64,000 nucleotides of DNA, taken from assembly GCA_041641305.1 (NCBI GenBank), contig JBEPYN010000001.1:640001-704000 (forward strand), read 5' to 3'. This document shows positions 47,314-56,392 of the stretch, piece after piece. Both the position numbers and the translations under genes were made by a program. The DNA is from Nitrososphaerota archaeon (GTDB taxonomy: Archaea > Thermoproteota > Nitrososphaeria_A > Caldarchaeales > Caldarchaeaceae). Each line of letters starts with the position of its first letter. Within the stretch, counting starts at the first letter, position 1. Below the pieces are notes generated by a model. It had not been told where the DNA came from, did not search any database, and worked only from the letters and a program-made list of their open reading frames with translations.

Positions 47314-47630
47314 ACATAGTGGATGTCAGGTTTGACGCAGGAGGGCTTGTGCCTGTTGTTGTGCAGGATGTGGATTCGGGGGAGGTTTTGATGGTGGCTT
47401 ACGCCAACGCCGAGGCCCTGCGCCTAACTTTTGAGACAGGGTTTGCGCATTTCTGGAGCAGAAGCAGGCAGAGGCTGTGGAAAAAGGGGGAGGAGAGCGG
47501 AAACGTCATGCACGTGGTTGAGGTGCGGGTTGACTGCGACGGCGACACACTCCTCTACATCGTCAAGCCAACAGGCCCCGCATGCCACACAGGCAACAAA
47601 ACATGCTTCTACCGAAAACTCAACCCCTAA
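47310..47630 (+). CDS. hisI: Phosphoribosyl-AMP cyclohydrolase
   Basis: [37 protein letters not shown]. Confidence 0.96.
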   Translation: MNIVDVRFDAGGLVPVVVQDVDSGEVLMVAYANAEALRLTFETGFAHFWSRSRQRLWKKGEESGNVMHVVEVRVDCDGDTLLYIVKPTGPACHTGNKTCFYRKLNP

Positions 47631-48222
47631 CAATTTTGACAAAGTTGCGCAGTATCCTCTCACCTGCCGCAGCGCTTTTCTCAGGATGAAACTGTGTCCC
47701 ATAAACTGTTCCCGAGCCGACGACCGCTGGGAAGTCTATGCCATGGCTTGCCTCTGCGAGAACCAGCTGGGGATTGGATGGCTGTGGGTGGTAGCTGTGG
47801 TTGAAATAGACCCACGCGTTGTCAACGTTCTCCAGCAGAGGCGACTCACGCCTCATGTGCAGCATGCTCCAGCCCATGTGCGGCCTTTTAACGCTTGGCG
47901 GAAGCATGACAACCCTCCCCCCGAAGACCCCGAGCCCACGTCCAGGCCCCTCCTCACTCCCCTCAAAAAACAACTGCATGCCTAGACAGATTCCGAGAGT
48001 GGGGACTCCCTCCCTAACCATCTCGACAAGCTCGTTTCGCATGGGCGCAATTTTCTCAGCCGCGGCCGAGAAGCTTCCCACACCGGGCAAAACCATGCAG
48101 TCAACATCTTTTACAGGCTTCTCCGAGACAACCACCTCCAGCCCAAGCCGTTTCAAGGCATGGGAGACACTAAACACGTTGCCCACACCATAGTGGAGAA
48201 CCAGCGCCCTCAACCCCACCAC
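47620..48222 (-). CDS. hisH: Imidazole glycerol phosphate synthase glutaminase subunit
   Basis: [38 protein letters not shown]. Confidence 0.96.
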   Translation of the reverse strand: MVGLRALVLHYGVGNVFSVSHALKRLGLEVVVSEKPVKDVDCMVLPGVGSFSAAAEKIAPMRNELVEMVREGVPTLGICLGMQLFFEGSEEGPGRGLGVFGGRVVMLPPSVKRPHMGWSMLHMRRESPLLENVDNAWVYFNHSYHPQPSNPQLVLAEASHGIDFPAVVGSGTVYGTQFHPEKSAAAGERILRNFVKIVRG

Positions 48223-48452
48223 AGCATATGCAGGAGATAAAAAGTATTATGCGCAGCCTTATCGGTACTTTTTCATGGTTTCGTTCGGAGAGCATCCTTC
48301 TCGGCATCTTGTGCATATCCCGTCCCGGTCTACAGAAGTGTTGGAGAACAATTCTTCTCAGGAAGCCTAAACTTCGAGAGCTATCTGAAGGTTATGGTCT
48401 CTAAGCGGAGCGGCCGTGATTCATGGACACATTATGGATTGTGCCGGAAATG

Positions 48453-48471
48453 AAAATAGAAACTCTATTTT
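48453..48471 (-). terminator. Hairpin/T-tract immediately after the vapC stop
   Basis: AAAATAGA-AAC-TCTATTTT 8-bp inverted repeat; minus strand reads TTTCTATTTT after TAA. Confidence 0.4.
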
Positions 48472-48884
48472 TATCCTATGAAGGTCACGTCTTCCAATCC
48501 TCTAAAGTGTGGGTCTCCCGTAACTATTTTTGGCGCGTTTTCCTTTGCTGTTGCGTATATTATTGAGTCGGCTATTGGCCAGCCTTTGATTCTCTTTTTC
48601 ATCAGGAAGTCTATCTCACCAGCCTTGGTCGCTAGATTAATGTCTAGTGGTAGAACCTCTGTGGTAAGCTCTATGAAGGACGTGACTTGTCGCATCTCCT
48701 GCTCCTTCCTACGTCCGGTTTCTATCTCGCGTAGGAACCACTTAAGCAGCTCGGTTAATACAATTGATGGCGTAATTGCATTTCCACCCTCTATGTATTG
48801 CCTCGTCCTGGCGCCCGCCTCGGAGCCGATGAGATACTCAACCCATGCATATGTATCTATGACATATCTACCTCTACGGGATAT
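48471..48884 (-). CDS. vapC: VapC PIN-domain toxin (no canonical start codon; possibly a pseudogene)
   Basis: Frame open 63 codons above ATG 48695, reading YVIDTYAWVEYL...IVLTE. C-terminal half has IADSIIYATA, TGDPHF. Only ATA 48884 is available as a start. Confidence 0.8.
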   Translation of the reverse strand: MSRRGRYVIDTYAWVEYLIGSEAGARTRQYIEGGNAITPSIVLTELLKWFLREIETGRRKEQEMRQVTSFIELTTEVLPLDINLATKAGEIDFLMKKRIKGWPIADSIIYATAKENAPKIVTGDPHFRGLEDVTFIG

Positions 48885-49071
48885 GCTCCTCCTCTATCTT
48901 TCTCGTGAAGGGAATGGAGCCTCTGCACGAGCCGAAGAGCGAATCTGGAACGCCAGCCCTCCTCCTCGCAAGCCGCCTGATGACCTCGTCGTAGCTGGAG
49001 ACGCCCATCTCACGCTTCAGCCTGTCAAGAAGTCGCCGAGTGTCATCCCTAACCTGAACCGTAGTAGGCAC
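48874..49071 (-). CDS. vapB: VapB-type antitoxin (RHH/CopG-like)
   Basis: TTVQV.DDTRRLL..LK..G..SYDEVI..L, SLFGS; directly upstream of the PIN gene. Confidence 0.85.
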   Translation of the reverse strand: MPTTVQVRDDTRRLLDRLKREMGVSSYDEVIRRLARRRAGVPDSLFGSCRGSIPFTRKIEEEHIP

Positions 49072-49081
49072 ACATTAAGTC

Positions 49082-49100
49082 TATAGCTATAATCCTATAA
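49082..49100 (-). promoter_or_regulatory. vapBC promoter: TATA-like box and palindromic operator candidate
   Basis: Minus strand TTTATA about 25-30 nt above the GTG; perfect palindrome TATAGCTATA at 49082-49091. Confidence 0.45.
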
Positions 49101-49182
49101 ACATTTCCGCACTAATGCCTTGTGGCCCTAATTCCCTTAGTTCTATGCCCTCTACCCCTGCTGGTCCTCATGTGTCTTGGGT

Positions 49183-49457
49183 TTATGCTGCGTTCAGGAG
49201 AGGCTGTATGTTAATGCCTTCTGGACCTCCTGTATGCTAATCCATATAGGCTTGCTGGATAGTAGATGCTCGCCGAGTATCGATACCGTCGTCTTCAGCC
49301 ATCCTCCACCATAACTCGTATCCAATGTACTTTATCATTCTTGCAGCGGACCTTCTGGACGGAGGCCCCTGTCATTCCTAGCACTCTTTCTAGGCCTGAT
49401 TACAGGCTCTATATCCATGCACTCCAGACACCTGTATAGCAGGCGATAATCATCTGA
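49183..49457 (-). pseudogene. Decayed IS5-family DDE transposase C-terminal fragment
   Basis: Frameshifted pieces: LYRCLECMDIEPVIRPRKSARNDRG / PPSRRSAARMIKYIGYELWWRM / LGEHLLSSKPIWI..KALTY / LLNAA*. Confidence 0.62.
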
Positions 49458-49643
49458 TGGCTGGGGAGGAGTTGGCTGAGGTTGTGGCATACATTAGCGC
49501 GGACAAAGGGTTCTACCAAACATCAGGATACTTTTCAAATTCGAAGGAAAGGGAAAGGTTGTTAGCCTGCAGCCAACAATCCTTTCTTTTCTAAAAACCT
49601 TCGCGCGCAAACCTAAAAACAGGCGGAGAAGAAGTGGAGACAC

Positions 49644-50654
49644 TTGCCGGTCATAAAGTTCGCTGTCCCGAAAGGTTCTCTCGAAGCGGCTACGCAGGAG
49701 TTTCTCGCCAAGGCCATGCTGAGGCTGCGGGGTGTGGAGCGGACATACAGGCCCGTCGTAGACGACAAGGACATCGAGGTCAAGATACTTAGGCCTCAGG
49801 AGATTCCTGTTTTTGTGGCGGGCGGCGCATATGATATCGGGATAACCGGCGTCGACTGGGTGCGGGAAACGGGTGCGGACGTTCTTCAGCTTCTCGACCT
49901 CGAATACGGCTACGTCAAACTCGTCATCGCGGCTCCGAAAAACTCTCCATACAAAACCCTCGACCAATACATCGAGGAATACGCACGGGCCAAGAAACCG
50001 CTCAAAATATCAACCGAGTACCTCAACACAGCGGCTTCATACATAGCCTCGAAGCCCAGTTACAGGAAACACTATGGAGACCAGCAGCCCATGATCATCA
50101 CGCCGTGGTGGAGAAAGGGTGAGAACAACATGGTGAAGGTTTATCTCAGCTTCGGAGCAACTGAGGCGAAGCCCCCCGAGGAGGCTGACATCATAGTAGA
50201 CGCCTCGGCGACAGGCATAACCCTCGAGCAGAACAACCTCACACCCATAGAGACAATATCCGAGTCAACCGCAACACTCATAGCCAACAAACAATCCTTC
50301 AACGACCCTGTCAAACGCGAGAAAATCCTCGACATCCTCACTCTGTTGAAAGGCGTGGTGGAAAGCGGGAAAAAGCTCCACATCTTCGTCAACGTTCATG
50401 AAGAGAATTTGGAGAAGCTTCTCACATCTCTGCCTGCTTTGAAAAGCCCGACCATCAGCCAGCTCTCCAACAAGGGCTGGTACGCCATCAACACCGTCAT
50501 CCCCAAAAACGAGTTCCTCAAAATCCTGCCAACCCTCCGCAAACTCGCCCAAGGCCTAGTCATCCACGAACCCAACCTCATACTCCCCCTCGAAGAAATC
50601 ATGAACACACAGGGAGCCCAGACAGAAAATGACCAGAACAGGAAAAGCCTTTAG
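49644..50654 (+). CDS. hisG: ATP phosphoribosyltransferase (long form)
   Basis: AVPKGSL, RPQEIP.FV, DIGITG.D, GATEAKP, IVD...TG.TL..N.L, C-terminal SPTIS regulatory domain. Confidence 0.95.
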   Translation: MPVIKFAVPKGSLEAATQEFLAKAMLRLRGVERTYRPVVDDKDIEVKILRPQEIPVFVAGGAYDIGITGVDWVRETGADVLQLLDLEYGYVKLVIAAPKNSPYKTLDQYIEEYARAKKPLKISTEYLNTAASYIASKPSYRKHYGDQQPMIITPWWRKGENNMVKVYLSFGATEAKPPEEADIIVDASATGITLEQNNLTPIETISESTATLIANKQSFNDPVKREKILDILTLLKGVVESGKKLHIFVNVHEENLEKLLTSLPALKSPTISQLSNKGWYAINTVIPKNEFLKILPTLRKLAQGLVIHEPNLILPLEEIMNTQGAQTENDQNRKSL

Positions 50655-51207
50655 AGAAACAAGGGAAACACGGGTCTCCGCCGAGGTAGCTCTCGACGGC
50701 ACAGGCGCCTGCAGAACATCGACGGGCTACAAGTTCCTCGACCACATGATAACAACCCTGGCCAAACACAGCTTGGTGGACATCACGGTGCAGGCGGAGG
50801 GAGATATGCGGCACCACGTCGTCGAGGACACGGCCATCGTACTTGGACAGGCTTTCGACAAAGCTCTGGGAGACCGCGTCGGCATCAAACGCTTCGGCCA
50901 CGCCATAGTCCCGATGGATGAGGCCCTGGCCCTCGCCGCTGTGGACCTCGTAAAAAGACCCAAACCAGTCATCAAGCTCAAAACCATGTTGGACACCGTC
51001 GAGGACATCCCAGTCTCCGAGATAACCCACTTCCTCGAAAGCTTCACAACCTCGCTAAACGCATCAATCCACATCCGGGTCCTGACAGGCATGGACGACC
51101 ACCACAAAGTAGAAGCAGCCTTCAAAGCACTCGCCCAAGCCCTCAAACAAGCAATCGAACAAGAGCCAAGGACAAGAGAACCACCATCAACAAAAGGAAC
51201 CATGTAA
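50629..51207 (+). CDS. hisB: Imidazoleglycerol-phosphate dehydratase
   Basis: RETRET, FLDHM, HHVVED, PMDEAL, DHHKVEAAFKA. Confidence 0.96.
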   Translation: MTRTGKAFRETRETRVSAEVALDGTGACRTSTGYKFLDHMITTLAKHSLVDITVQAEGDMRHHVVEDTAIVLGQAFDKALGDRVGIKRFGHAIVPMDEALALAAVDLVKRPKPVIKLKTMLDTVEDIPVSEITHFLESFTTSLNASIHIRVLTGMDDHHKVEAAFKALAQALKQAIEQEPRTREPPSTKGTM

Positions 51208-51346
51208 TTGTGTATATTCTTTGCTACGTGGACTTCGGCGTAGATTACATCGTGTGCTTTGATTTAGGATAAATCTTATCTATGTAGCGACACTCAGTTG
51301 GTCATGAATTTACGTGCGATTGTGGCGCACCGGCTAAGAAAAACCA

Positions 51347-51952
51347 TTGGTAATTAGGTTGCTTCAGCGTGTACAACACTACATCCAAGCCGTAGAGCCT
51401 AGAAACCTCGCGCTATCTCTCGCAATACAGCTTGGGTTAGCAGCATTCCATGGTTATGACTTTAGAGTGGGCTACGTTGCTGGCAGAAATGTTGCGCTGG
51501 GTCTTGCTCTCTTCACCATGCTCTATATTCAAAACATTTACCCGCTCGACATAGCTGTAGGATACCTCAGCAGGGCCCAGTCAGCAGGCTATGCCGAGGA
51601 CATGGCTAGCTACGTTAGGCAGGCGCTCCATCACATACCTAAGGAAGGAAACCCTGTCTGGATTTTCCCCACCACGAGAACAGACTTCACCTTAATCAAC
51701 AAAGACCTAAGCACCATAGTTGATAGACTTTTAACAGTAGCCACCCTGCCAAGAGACTCATCGGCCTACTCCCAAGCCCTCAACGACATCAGAGAAAGAT
51801 TATCAGTGATTGTCGACAACGTAAGTGAAGCGATGCCGTACATCATGCTCTCACCCACCAACCTAACAATAATTCTACTATGGCTCTTCTCTCTCCCAGC
51901 GTTTAACAGGTTCCCGAGGAAATCCAAGATGAAAAAGCAAACAGCCCTATGA
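51347..51952 (+). CDS. Hypothetical membrane protein
   Basis: 201-aa ORF with N- and C-terminal hydrophobic helices around a helical domain (GNPVWIFPT); lower GC than neighbours. Confidence 0.62.
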   Translation: MVIRLLQRVQHYIQAVEPRNLALSLAIQLGLAAFHGYDFRVGYVAGRNVALGLALFTMLYIQNIYPLDIAVGYLSRAQSAGYAEDMASYVRQALHHIPKEGNPVWIFPTTRTDFTLINKDLSTIVDRLLTVATLPRDSSAYSQALNDIRERLSVIVDNVSEAMPYIMLSPTNLTIILLWLFSLPAFNRFPRKSKMKKQTAL

Positions 51953-51968
51953 CAATAGACACATAGCA

Positions 51969-52096
51969 TGGTGCGGGGGGTGGGATTCGAACCCACGAAC
52001 CCCTTCGGGAGCGGGTTTCTACTCATGTGATCTTAAGCCCGCCGCTTTCACGGCCCCTGTTGATGGGCCTCTTTGACCAGACTTGGCTACCCCCGC
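51969..52096 (-). tRNA. trnL: tRNA-Leu(TAA) with two introns (52046-52070 in the D-arm, 52017-52031 at 37/38), CCA encoded
   Basis: Acceptor GCGGGGG/CCCCCGC-A-CCA; T-arm GTGGG-TTCGAAT-CCCAC; long variable arm CCCGAAGGG; anticodon stem GCGGG-CTTAAGA-CCCGC after removing 15 nt. Mature length 88 nt. Confidence 0.92.
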
Positions 52097-52135
52097 CCTT
52101 CTACTTGATGTGTTTGGGTGTTTTTATGGCTGTTG

Positions 52136-52303
52136 TCAGCGTTTCTTGGGGTTGAGCCAGTTGTAGCTTCTCCACTTTGGTGACGGGTATCCGCAGTATG
52201 CGCATCTCTTTTTCGACTTGTGGAAGCTTCGGCGTCCGCATCTTCTGCAGCGTATGTGCTGGGGCTTGTTGTATTTGCCCATCGAGGGTGTTCCCTTAAC
52301 CAT
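52136..52303 (-). CDS. rpl37e: 50S ribosomal protein L37e
   Basis: 55-aa ORF absent from the track: [32 protein letters not shown]...RSYNW. Confidence 0.96.
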   Translation of the reverse strand: MVKGTPSMGKYNKPQHIRCRRCGRRSFHKSKKRCAYCGYPSPKWRSYNWLNPKKR

Positions 52304-52351
52304 CCTCTATCCCACCTACGTTCACATAGCCATGATTAATAGCTTGACGCC

Positions 52352-52576
52352 TCAGGGCGGGGAGATCATTACGATGCTGTCTCCTCTTACAACGATTGTT
52401 CCGAGCTTGTTCTGGGTGTTTTCGTCGACGAGCTCGTCGGTGTCTTCGAGGACGATGTTCATGTGCTGGTCGTAGCCTTTGAGCAATCCGCGTAGCACTT
52501 TGCCGTTGCGCAGCCTCACCAAGACTGTGGAGCCGACGCTTTTTGAGAGGATTTTGAGGGAGACATCCGATGACAA
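52352..52576 (-). CDS. Sm-like archaeal protein (SmAP/Lsm)
   Basis: V.VRLRNG..LRG.L.GYDQHMNIVL, LG.IVVRGDS; upstream of rpl37e as usual. Confidence 0.95.
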   Translation of the reverse strand: MSSDVSLKILSKSVGSTVLVRLRNGKVLRGLLKGYDQHMNIVLEDTDELVDENTQNKLGTIVVRGDSIVMISPP

Positions 52577-52612
52577 GGTCGCTTGTTTTGTTTGCGTAGT
52601 TGTTTATATGGG

Positions 52613-54529
52613 TTATGTGACGGGGACTATTGTCTCAAGGTTGTGTGGGGTGAATATGCTGGCCGGGGTTATCCGTGTGAGGGCTGAGGCGAGGCTCTCC
52701 ACAGCGTTTTCCTCGCCGTGGACGAGGATGATGTTACGTGGTTTGGGTGTGATTCTTTTCACATAGTTTATCAGCTGCTGTCTGCTGCTGTGGCCCGAGA
52801 AGCCGTCCACCTTCTCCACCTGCATCTTAACGTTTAGAACCTCGGGCTTTCCTTCACCGTTCCTCAGCAACACCTCTCGCACACCCTTCAACAACGTCCT
52901 GCCCAAGGTGCCTTCAACCTGGTAGCTCACAAACAGCAGGAGATTGTTCTCGTCGCCGCCGAATGCTTTCAAGTACTTGAGCACAGGCCCTCCCTCGAGC
53001 ATGCCCGAAGTCGAGATGACAACCATCGGCTCACGCATCTCGAGGATCTCCTGCCTCTGGGACTCGCCTTTGACGGGTGTGAAGTATTCGGAGAGGAAGA
53101 TATTGTCGCCTTCGCGGAGTCTTTGCTGCAGCTCTGCCGTGAAGTAGTCGGGGAAGCCCGTGTGTATGGCCGTCGCCTCTATGACCAGGCCGTCTAGAAA
53201 AACAGGTGTCTCGACGAGCTTTTTCTCCCTGAAGAGCTTGTTGAGGACGAGCATGATTTCCTGTGCGCGTCCTATGGCTGGCACAGGTATGATGACCTTG
53301 CCTCCGCTGTTGATGGTCGCGGTTATCTTCTCGGCGAGGAGTGCTTCACTCTGCTCAAGCGTATAGGGGACGGGTGTGGCGCCATAGGTGCTCTCCATTA
53401 TCAGCGTCTCGACGCGTGGAAACTTTGAGACGCAGGGGTCGAGGGCCGTTGACCTCTCATACTTGAAGTCGCCTGTGTAGACGATGTTATGGAGGCCCTC
53501 GCCTATGTGGAGGTGGACGGCGGAGCTTCCGAGGATGTGGCCTGCGTTGTAGAAGATTAGGCGGATGTCTGGCGTGATGTTTGTCACTACCCCATATCGG
53601 AGGGGGAAGCTGTGCTGGAGTGCGAGCCTTATGTCTGATTCGCCGTATGGCGCGAAGGCGCCTTCTTTGCCCGCTACGGAGACGTAGTCGGATACCTCGA
53701 GGGCCATGAGGGGCAGGGTGGGTTCGACGGCGTAGACGGGGCCTCTGTATCCGTATTTGAAGAGGTAGGGGACGAGGCCGACGTGGTCGAGGTGGGCGTG
53801 TGAGAGGACGACTGCGTCCAGCTCTTCGACGAGGTTGGGGATAGCGTCGAATCGTGGGTAGAAGCTGAGGCTTGTGGAAGCGCCGGCGGAGAGGCCGCAG
53901 TCAAGCATCACGGTGGATTCGCTTGTCTGCACGAGAATACATGATCTACCAACCTGCCGACCAGCGCCCAGCACCGTTATCCTCACATCCCTCGACTCGA
54001 AGGTCATGGTCCTGAAAACACGTTCACCTACTCTCCTGAGTATGTCAAGCTTCTCCTCGGTGTCCCAGTAGAGGTAGCGTTTGATACGTTCGATGGTTTT
54101 CGACGGCATGAGGGGGTCGCGGTTTATTCGTATGACCCAGCCAGTCTCCTCGATTAGCTGATTCAACACCTCTGTACGGTCGATGTTTGTTATGCGTGGG
54201 TCGCTGGATTCGACAACTATTTCCCCAAGAGGCTCGTCGACGATGAGGCGGAAACCGTTTCCCAGCACTTGCTTAATTATCTCCTCAGCCTCCTCCCGAG
54301 GCCTTCTCAGCTCAACATCAGGCCTTATCACCACTCTCTTCTTGATGAGCGTGACAAGCTCACGCGCAATCTTGTCCCTCTCGCGGAAAACTTCTCGGCT
54401 GTTGGTGTAGACGGCTATCCTCGGCCCCTCGTACTCAATCCTCGACACCGGCTGCTCCCTGGTCTCAAGAGACGAGAAGTACCGTAGCAGCTCCGTCCGA
54501 ACCCTCTCAACCGAAGCCAATTCTCTCAC
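52613..54529 (-). CDS. fttA: beta-CASP ribonuclease aCPSF1 / transcription termination factor FttA (KH-KH-MBL)
   Basis: EYEGP, QVGRSC, SHAHLDH, AGHILGS, YTGD, MESTYG, GRAQE, SGMLEGG, GFSGHS, VHGE. Confidence 0.95.
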   Translation of the reverse strand: MRELASVERVRTELLRYFSSLETREQPVSRIEYEGPRIAVYTNSREVFRERDKIARELVTLIKKRVVIRPDVELRRPREEAEEIIKQVLGNGFRLIVDEPLGEIVVESSDPRITNIDRTEVLNQLIEETGWVIRINRDPLMPSKTIERIKRYLYWDTEEKLDILRRVGERVFRTMTFESRDVRITVLGAGRQVGRSCILVQTSESTVMLDCGLSAGASTSLSFYPRFDAIPNLVEELDAVVLSHAHLDHVGLVPYLFKYGYRGPVYAVEPTLPLMALEVSDYVSVAGKEGAFAPYGESDIRLALQHSFPLRYGVVTNITPDIRLIFYNAGHILGSSAVHLHIGEGLHNIVYTGDFKYERSTALDPCVSKFPRVETLIMESTYGATPVPYTLEQSEALLAEKITATINSGGKVIIPVPAIGRAQEIMLVLNKLFREKKLVETPVFLDGLVIEATAIHTGFPDYFTAELQQRLREGDNIFLSEYFTPVKGESQRQEILEMREPMVVISTSGMLEGGPVLKYLKAFGGDENNLLLFVSYQVEGTLGRTLLKGVREVLLRNGEGKPEVLNVKMQVEKVDGFSGHSSRQQLINYVKRITPKPRNIILVHGEENAVESLASALTRITPASIFTPHNLETIVPVT

Positions 54530-54530
54530 A

Positions 54531-55202
54531 CTACGTTATTGGAAGATAGTTGAAGTATTTCCTGTATAGGGGTGCTTTCTCGTCGAGCGAAAGCTCCCCG
54601 TAACCTTTATCCCTTAAAACATAGGCGACGTCGACGCTGTCGCCGCTTCCCGCATCACGTCTAATAGCGGCCGAAACCGCTTGAAACGCGAGCTCAACCG
54701 CTTCGTCGAAGCTCATGTCCTCGCGATAGTTTGGCTCGAGTACGCCGTAGGCAACCGGGCTGCCTGAACCTGTGGAGATGAGCTTCTCCTCTGTGACGGA
54801 GCCGAAGGGGTCGAGGTTGTAGAGATGTGGGCCCTCGTTATCAACGCCTGCGAGGATCAACTGTGCGTAGAAGGGGAAGAAGCGTGAGCTGAACATGATG
54901 CTTGAGGTTAGTCGCGCGACCGCGGGCAGCGACATGGTCTGCCCCCGCATAATCTGGTAGTAGTTGATGTTTGCCTTAAGCAAGTCTATGAGGCTCTGAG
55001 CGTCGGCCACACGGCCGGCTATTGTGATGGCAACATGAGGAGCTAATGGGAAGACTTTCTTGCCTCTTCTATGGGCTACGAAGAAACCCGCTGTTACACG
55101 GGTGTCTGTTGCCACTACTACCGCGTCTTTAACCACCATGCCAACGGTGGTGGTCCCTGTCGTCAAAGCCTTGGGCTTGTCAACCGGATACAAATGCAGC
55201 AC
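54531..55202 (-). CDS. psmB: Proteasome beta subunit (canonical, with propeptide)
   Basis: Propeptide ...LTTG/TTTVG, Asp17, Lys33, STGSGS, RDAGSG; conserved position upstream of fttA. Confidence 0.96.
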   Translation of the reverse strand: MLHLYPVDKPKALTTGTTTVGMVVKDAVVVATDTRVTAGFFVAHRRGKKVFPLAPHVAITIAGRVADAQSLIDLLKANINYYQIMRGQTMSLPAVARLTSSIMFSSRFFPFYAQLILAGVDNEGPHLYNLDPFGSVTEEKLISTGSGSPVAYGVLEPNYREDMSFDEAVELAFQAVSAAIRRDAGSGDSVDVAYVLRDKGYGELSLDEKAPLYRKYFNYLPIT

Positions 55203-55321
55203 CTTGATATTTTACAGGCGTTGATGAAATGCTGTCAGCACCTTAAAAACCTTCCCACACCATCGCAAAGCCGCCGATACTCTGCTTGCGTTTAAATAAA
55301 ACGTTTGAGGTGTTGAGTGGG

Positions 55322-56038
55322 ATGGCGGAGGAAAAGGCTTCAAAGAGTCAGCAGCTGGCCGTCGAGCCCAACTCCTATGTCTTGGTTGATTACACCATCA
55401 GGGTCAAAGAGACAGGCGAGCTCGTGGACACGACCGTCGAAGAGGAGGCGGTGAAAGCAGGTGTCCGCGACGCCTCGAAGGTCTATGAGCCAAAGCTTGT
55501 GATCGTGGGGAAGGGATTTCTGCTCAAAGCAATCGAAGACGAGATGATTGGGCTGAAGCCCTCTGAGAAGAAGTCATTCGAGATTGCGCCTGAGAAGGCT
55601 TTTGGACAGCGTGATCCCGCGAACGTGAAGACTATTCCGTTGAAGAGGTTTAGGGACTCTGACACGCCGCCGAGGGTGGGTGCGGTGGTTAACGTGGATG
55701 GCAGGCAGGGAGTTATCAGGGCTGTTGGCTCCGGACGTGTGCAGGTGGATTTCAACCACTACCTCGCGGGGAAAACGCTTGTCTGCGACCTCGAAATAAA
55801 ATCGATTCTGACCGATGAACTTGACAAGGTCCGAAACCTAATACACATGCATTTCCCCGACGTCCCCCTCGAGAAGTTTGAGGTAAACTTGGCACCACCT
55901 CTCCTACGCGTCAAAATCCCCGAGGAGGCTTTCCTCGCACCCGGCATCCAGTTGGCGAAACGTGCGCTGGCCAGGGAGTTTAAGGAGGCTGTGAAGGGCC
56001 TCGAGAAAGTCGTCTTCGAAGAAGAATATAGCGGATAA
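55322..56038 (+). CDS. FKBP-type peptidyl-prolyl isomerase (long archaeal SlyD type)
   Basis: VDYT...GELVDTT, YEP..VG, PEKAFGQRD, VDFNHYLAGK. Confidence 0.92.
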   Translation: MAEEKASKSQQLAVEPNSYVLVDYTIRVKETGELVDTTVEEEAVKAGVRDASKVYEPKLVIVGKGFLLKAIEDEMIGLKPSEKKSFEIAPEKAFGQRDPANVKTIPLKRFRDSDTPPRVGAVVNVDGRQGVIRAVGSGRVQVDFNHYLAGKTLVCDLEIKSILTDELDKVRNLIHMHFPDVPLEKFEVNLAPPLLRVKIPEEAFLAPGIQLAKRALAREFKEAVKGLEKVVFEEEYSG

Positions 56039-56387
56039 AGGCTGCGACGTAGACGATTTGGAGCAGGTTGCCGACGAGGAAAATGCCTGATTCAAGCGCT
56101 CGGCCTGATGTTAGGAAAAATATGTGGGCGGGGGCTGGGAGAGAGATGGACAGAACCGTGATGGCGAGAACCATTCCAAGCCAGTATCCCGCTGCCCTGT
56201 CGAGAAAAGCCAACACCGTCGCGGCGACAAACCCTGTGAACCCTATGAGAAGCATGGAGAGAAGCCATGGAGGAACAATCCGCCACGCCGTGGCTATAAA
56301 CACCACACCCAAAACGCTGGTGGCCGCGAGGAGGATGCGGAGTAGCTTCATGTATTTCTTTGTGTATGCTGCGGGATTTATAGGCAT
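55980..56387 (-). CDS. Hypothetical 4-TM membrane protein
   Basis: Four hydrophobic helices, basic tail; follows nusA by 5 nt. Confidence 0.7.
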   Translation of the reverse strand: MPINPAAYTKKYMKLLRILLAATSVLGVVFIATAWRIVPPWLLSMLLIGFTGFVAATVLAFLDRAAGYWLGMVLAITVLSISLPAPAHIFFLTSGRALESGIFLVGNLLQIVYVAAFIRYILLRRRLSRGPSQPP

Positions 56388-56392
56388 CCGGT

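Noticed and set aside
48260-48400. Short Cys-containing minus-strand reading (…DGICTRCREGCSPNETMKKYR)
   Set aside because: Too short, no clear start; could be a gene relic but unsupported
48478-49086. 202-aa plus-strand ORF
   Set aside because: Antisense shadow of vapBC with no recognisable motifs
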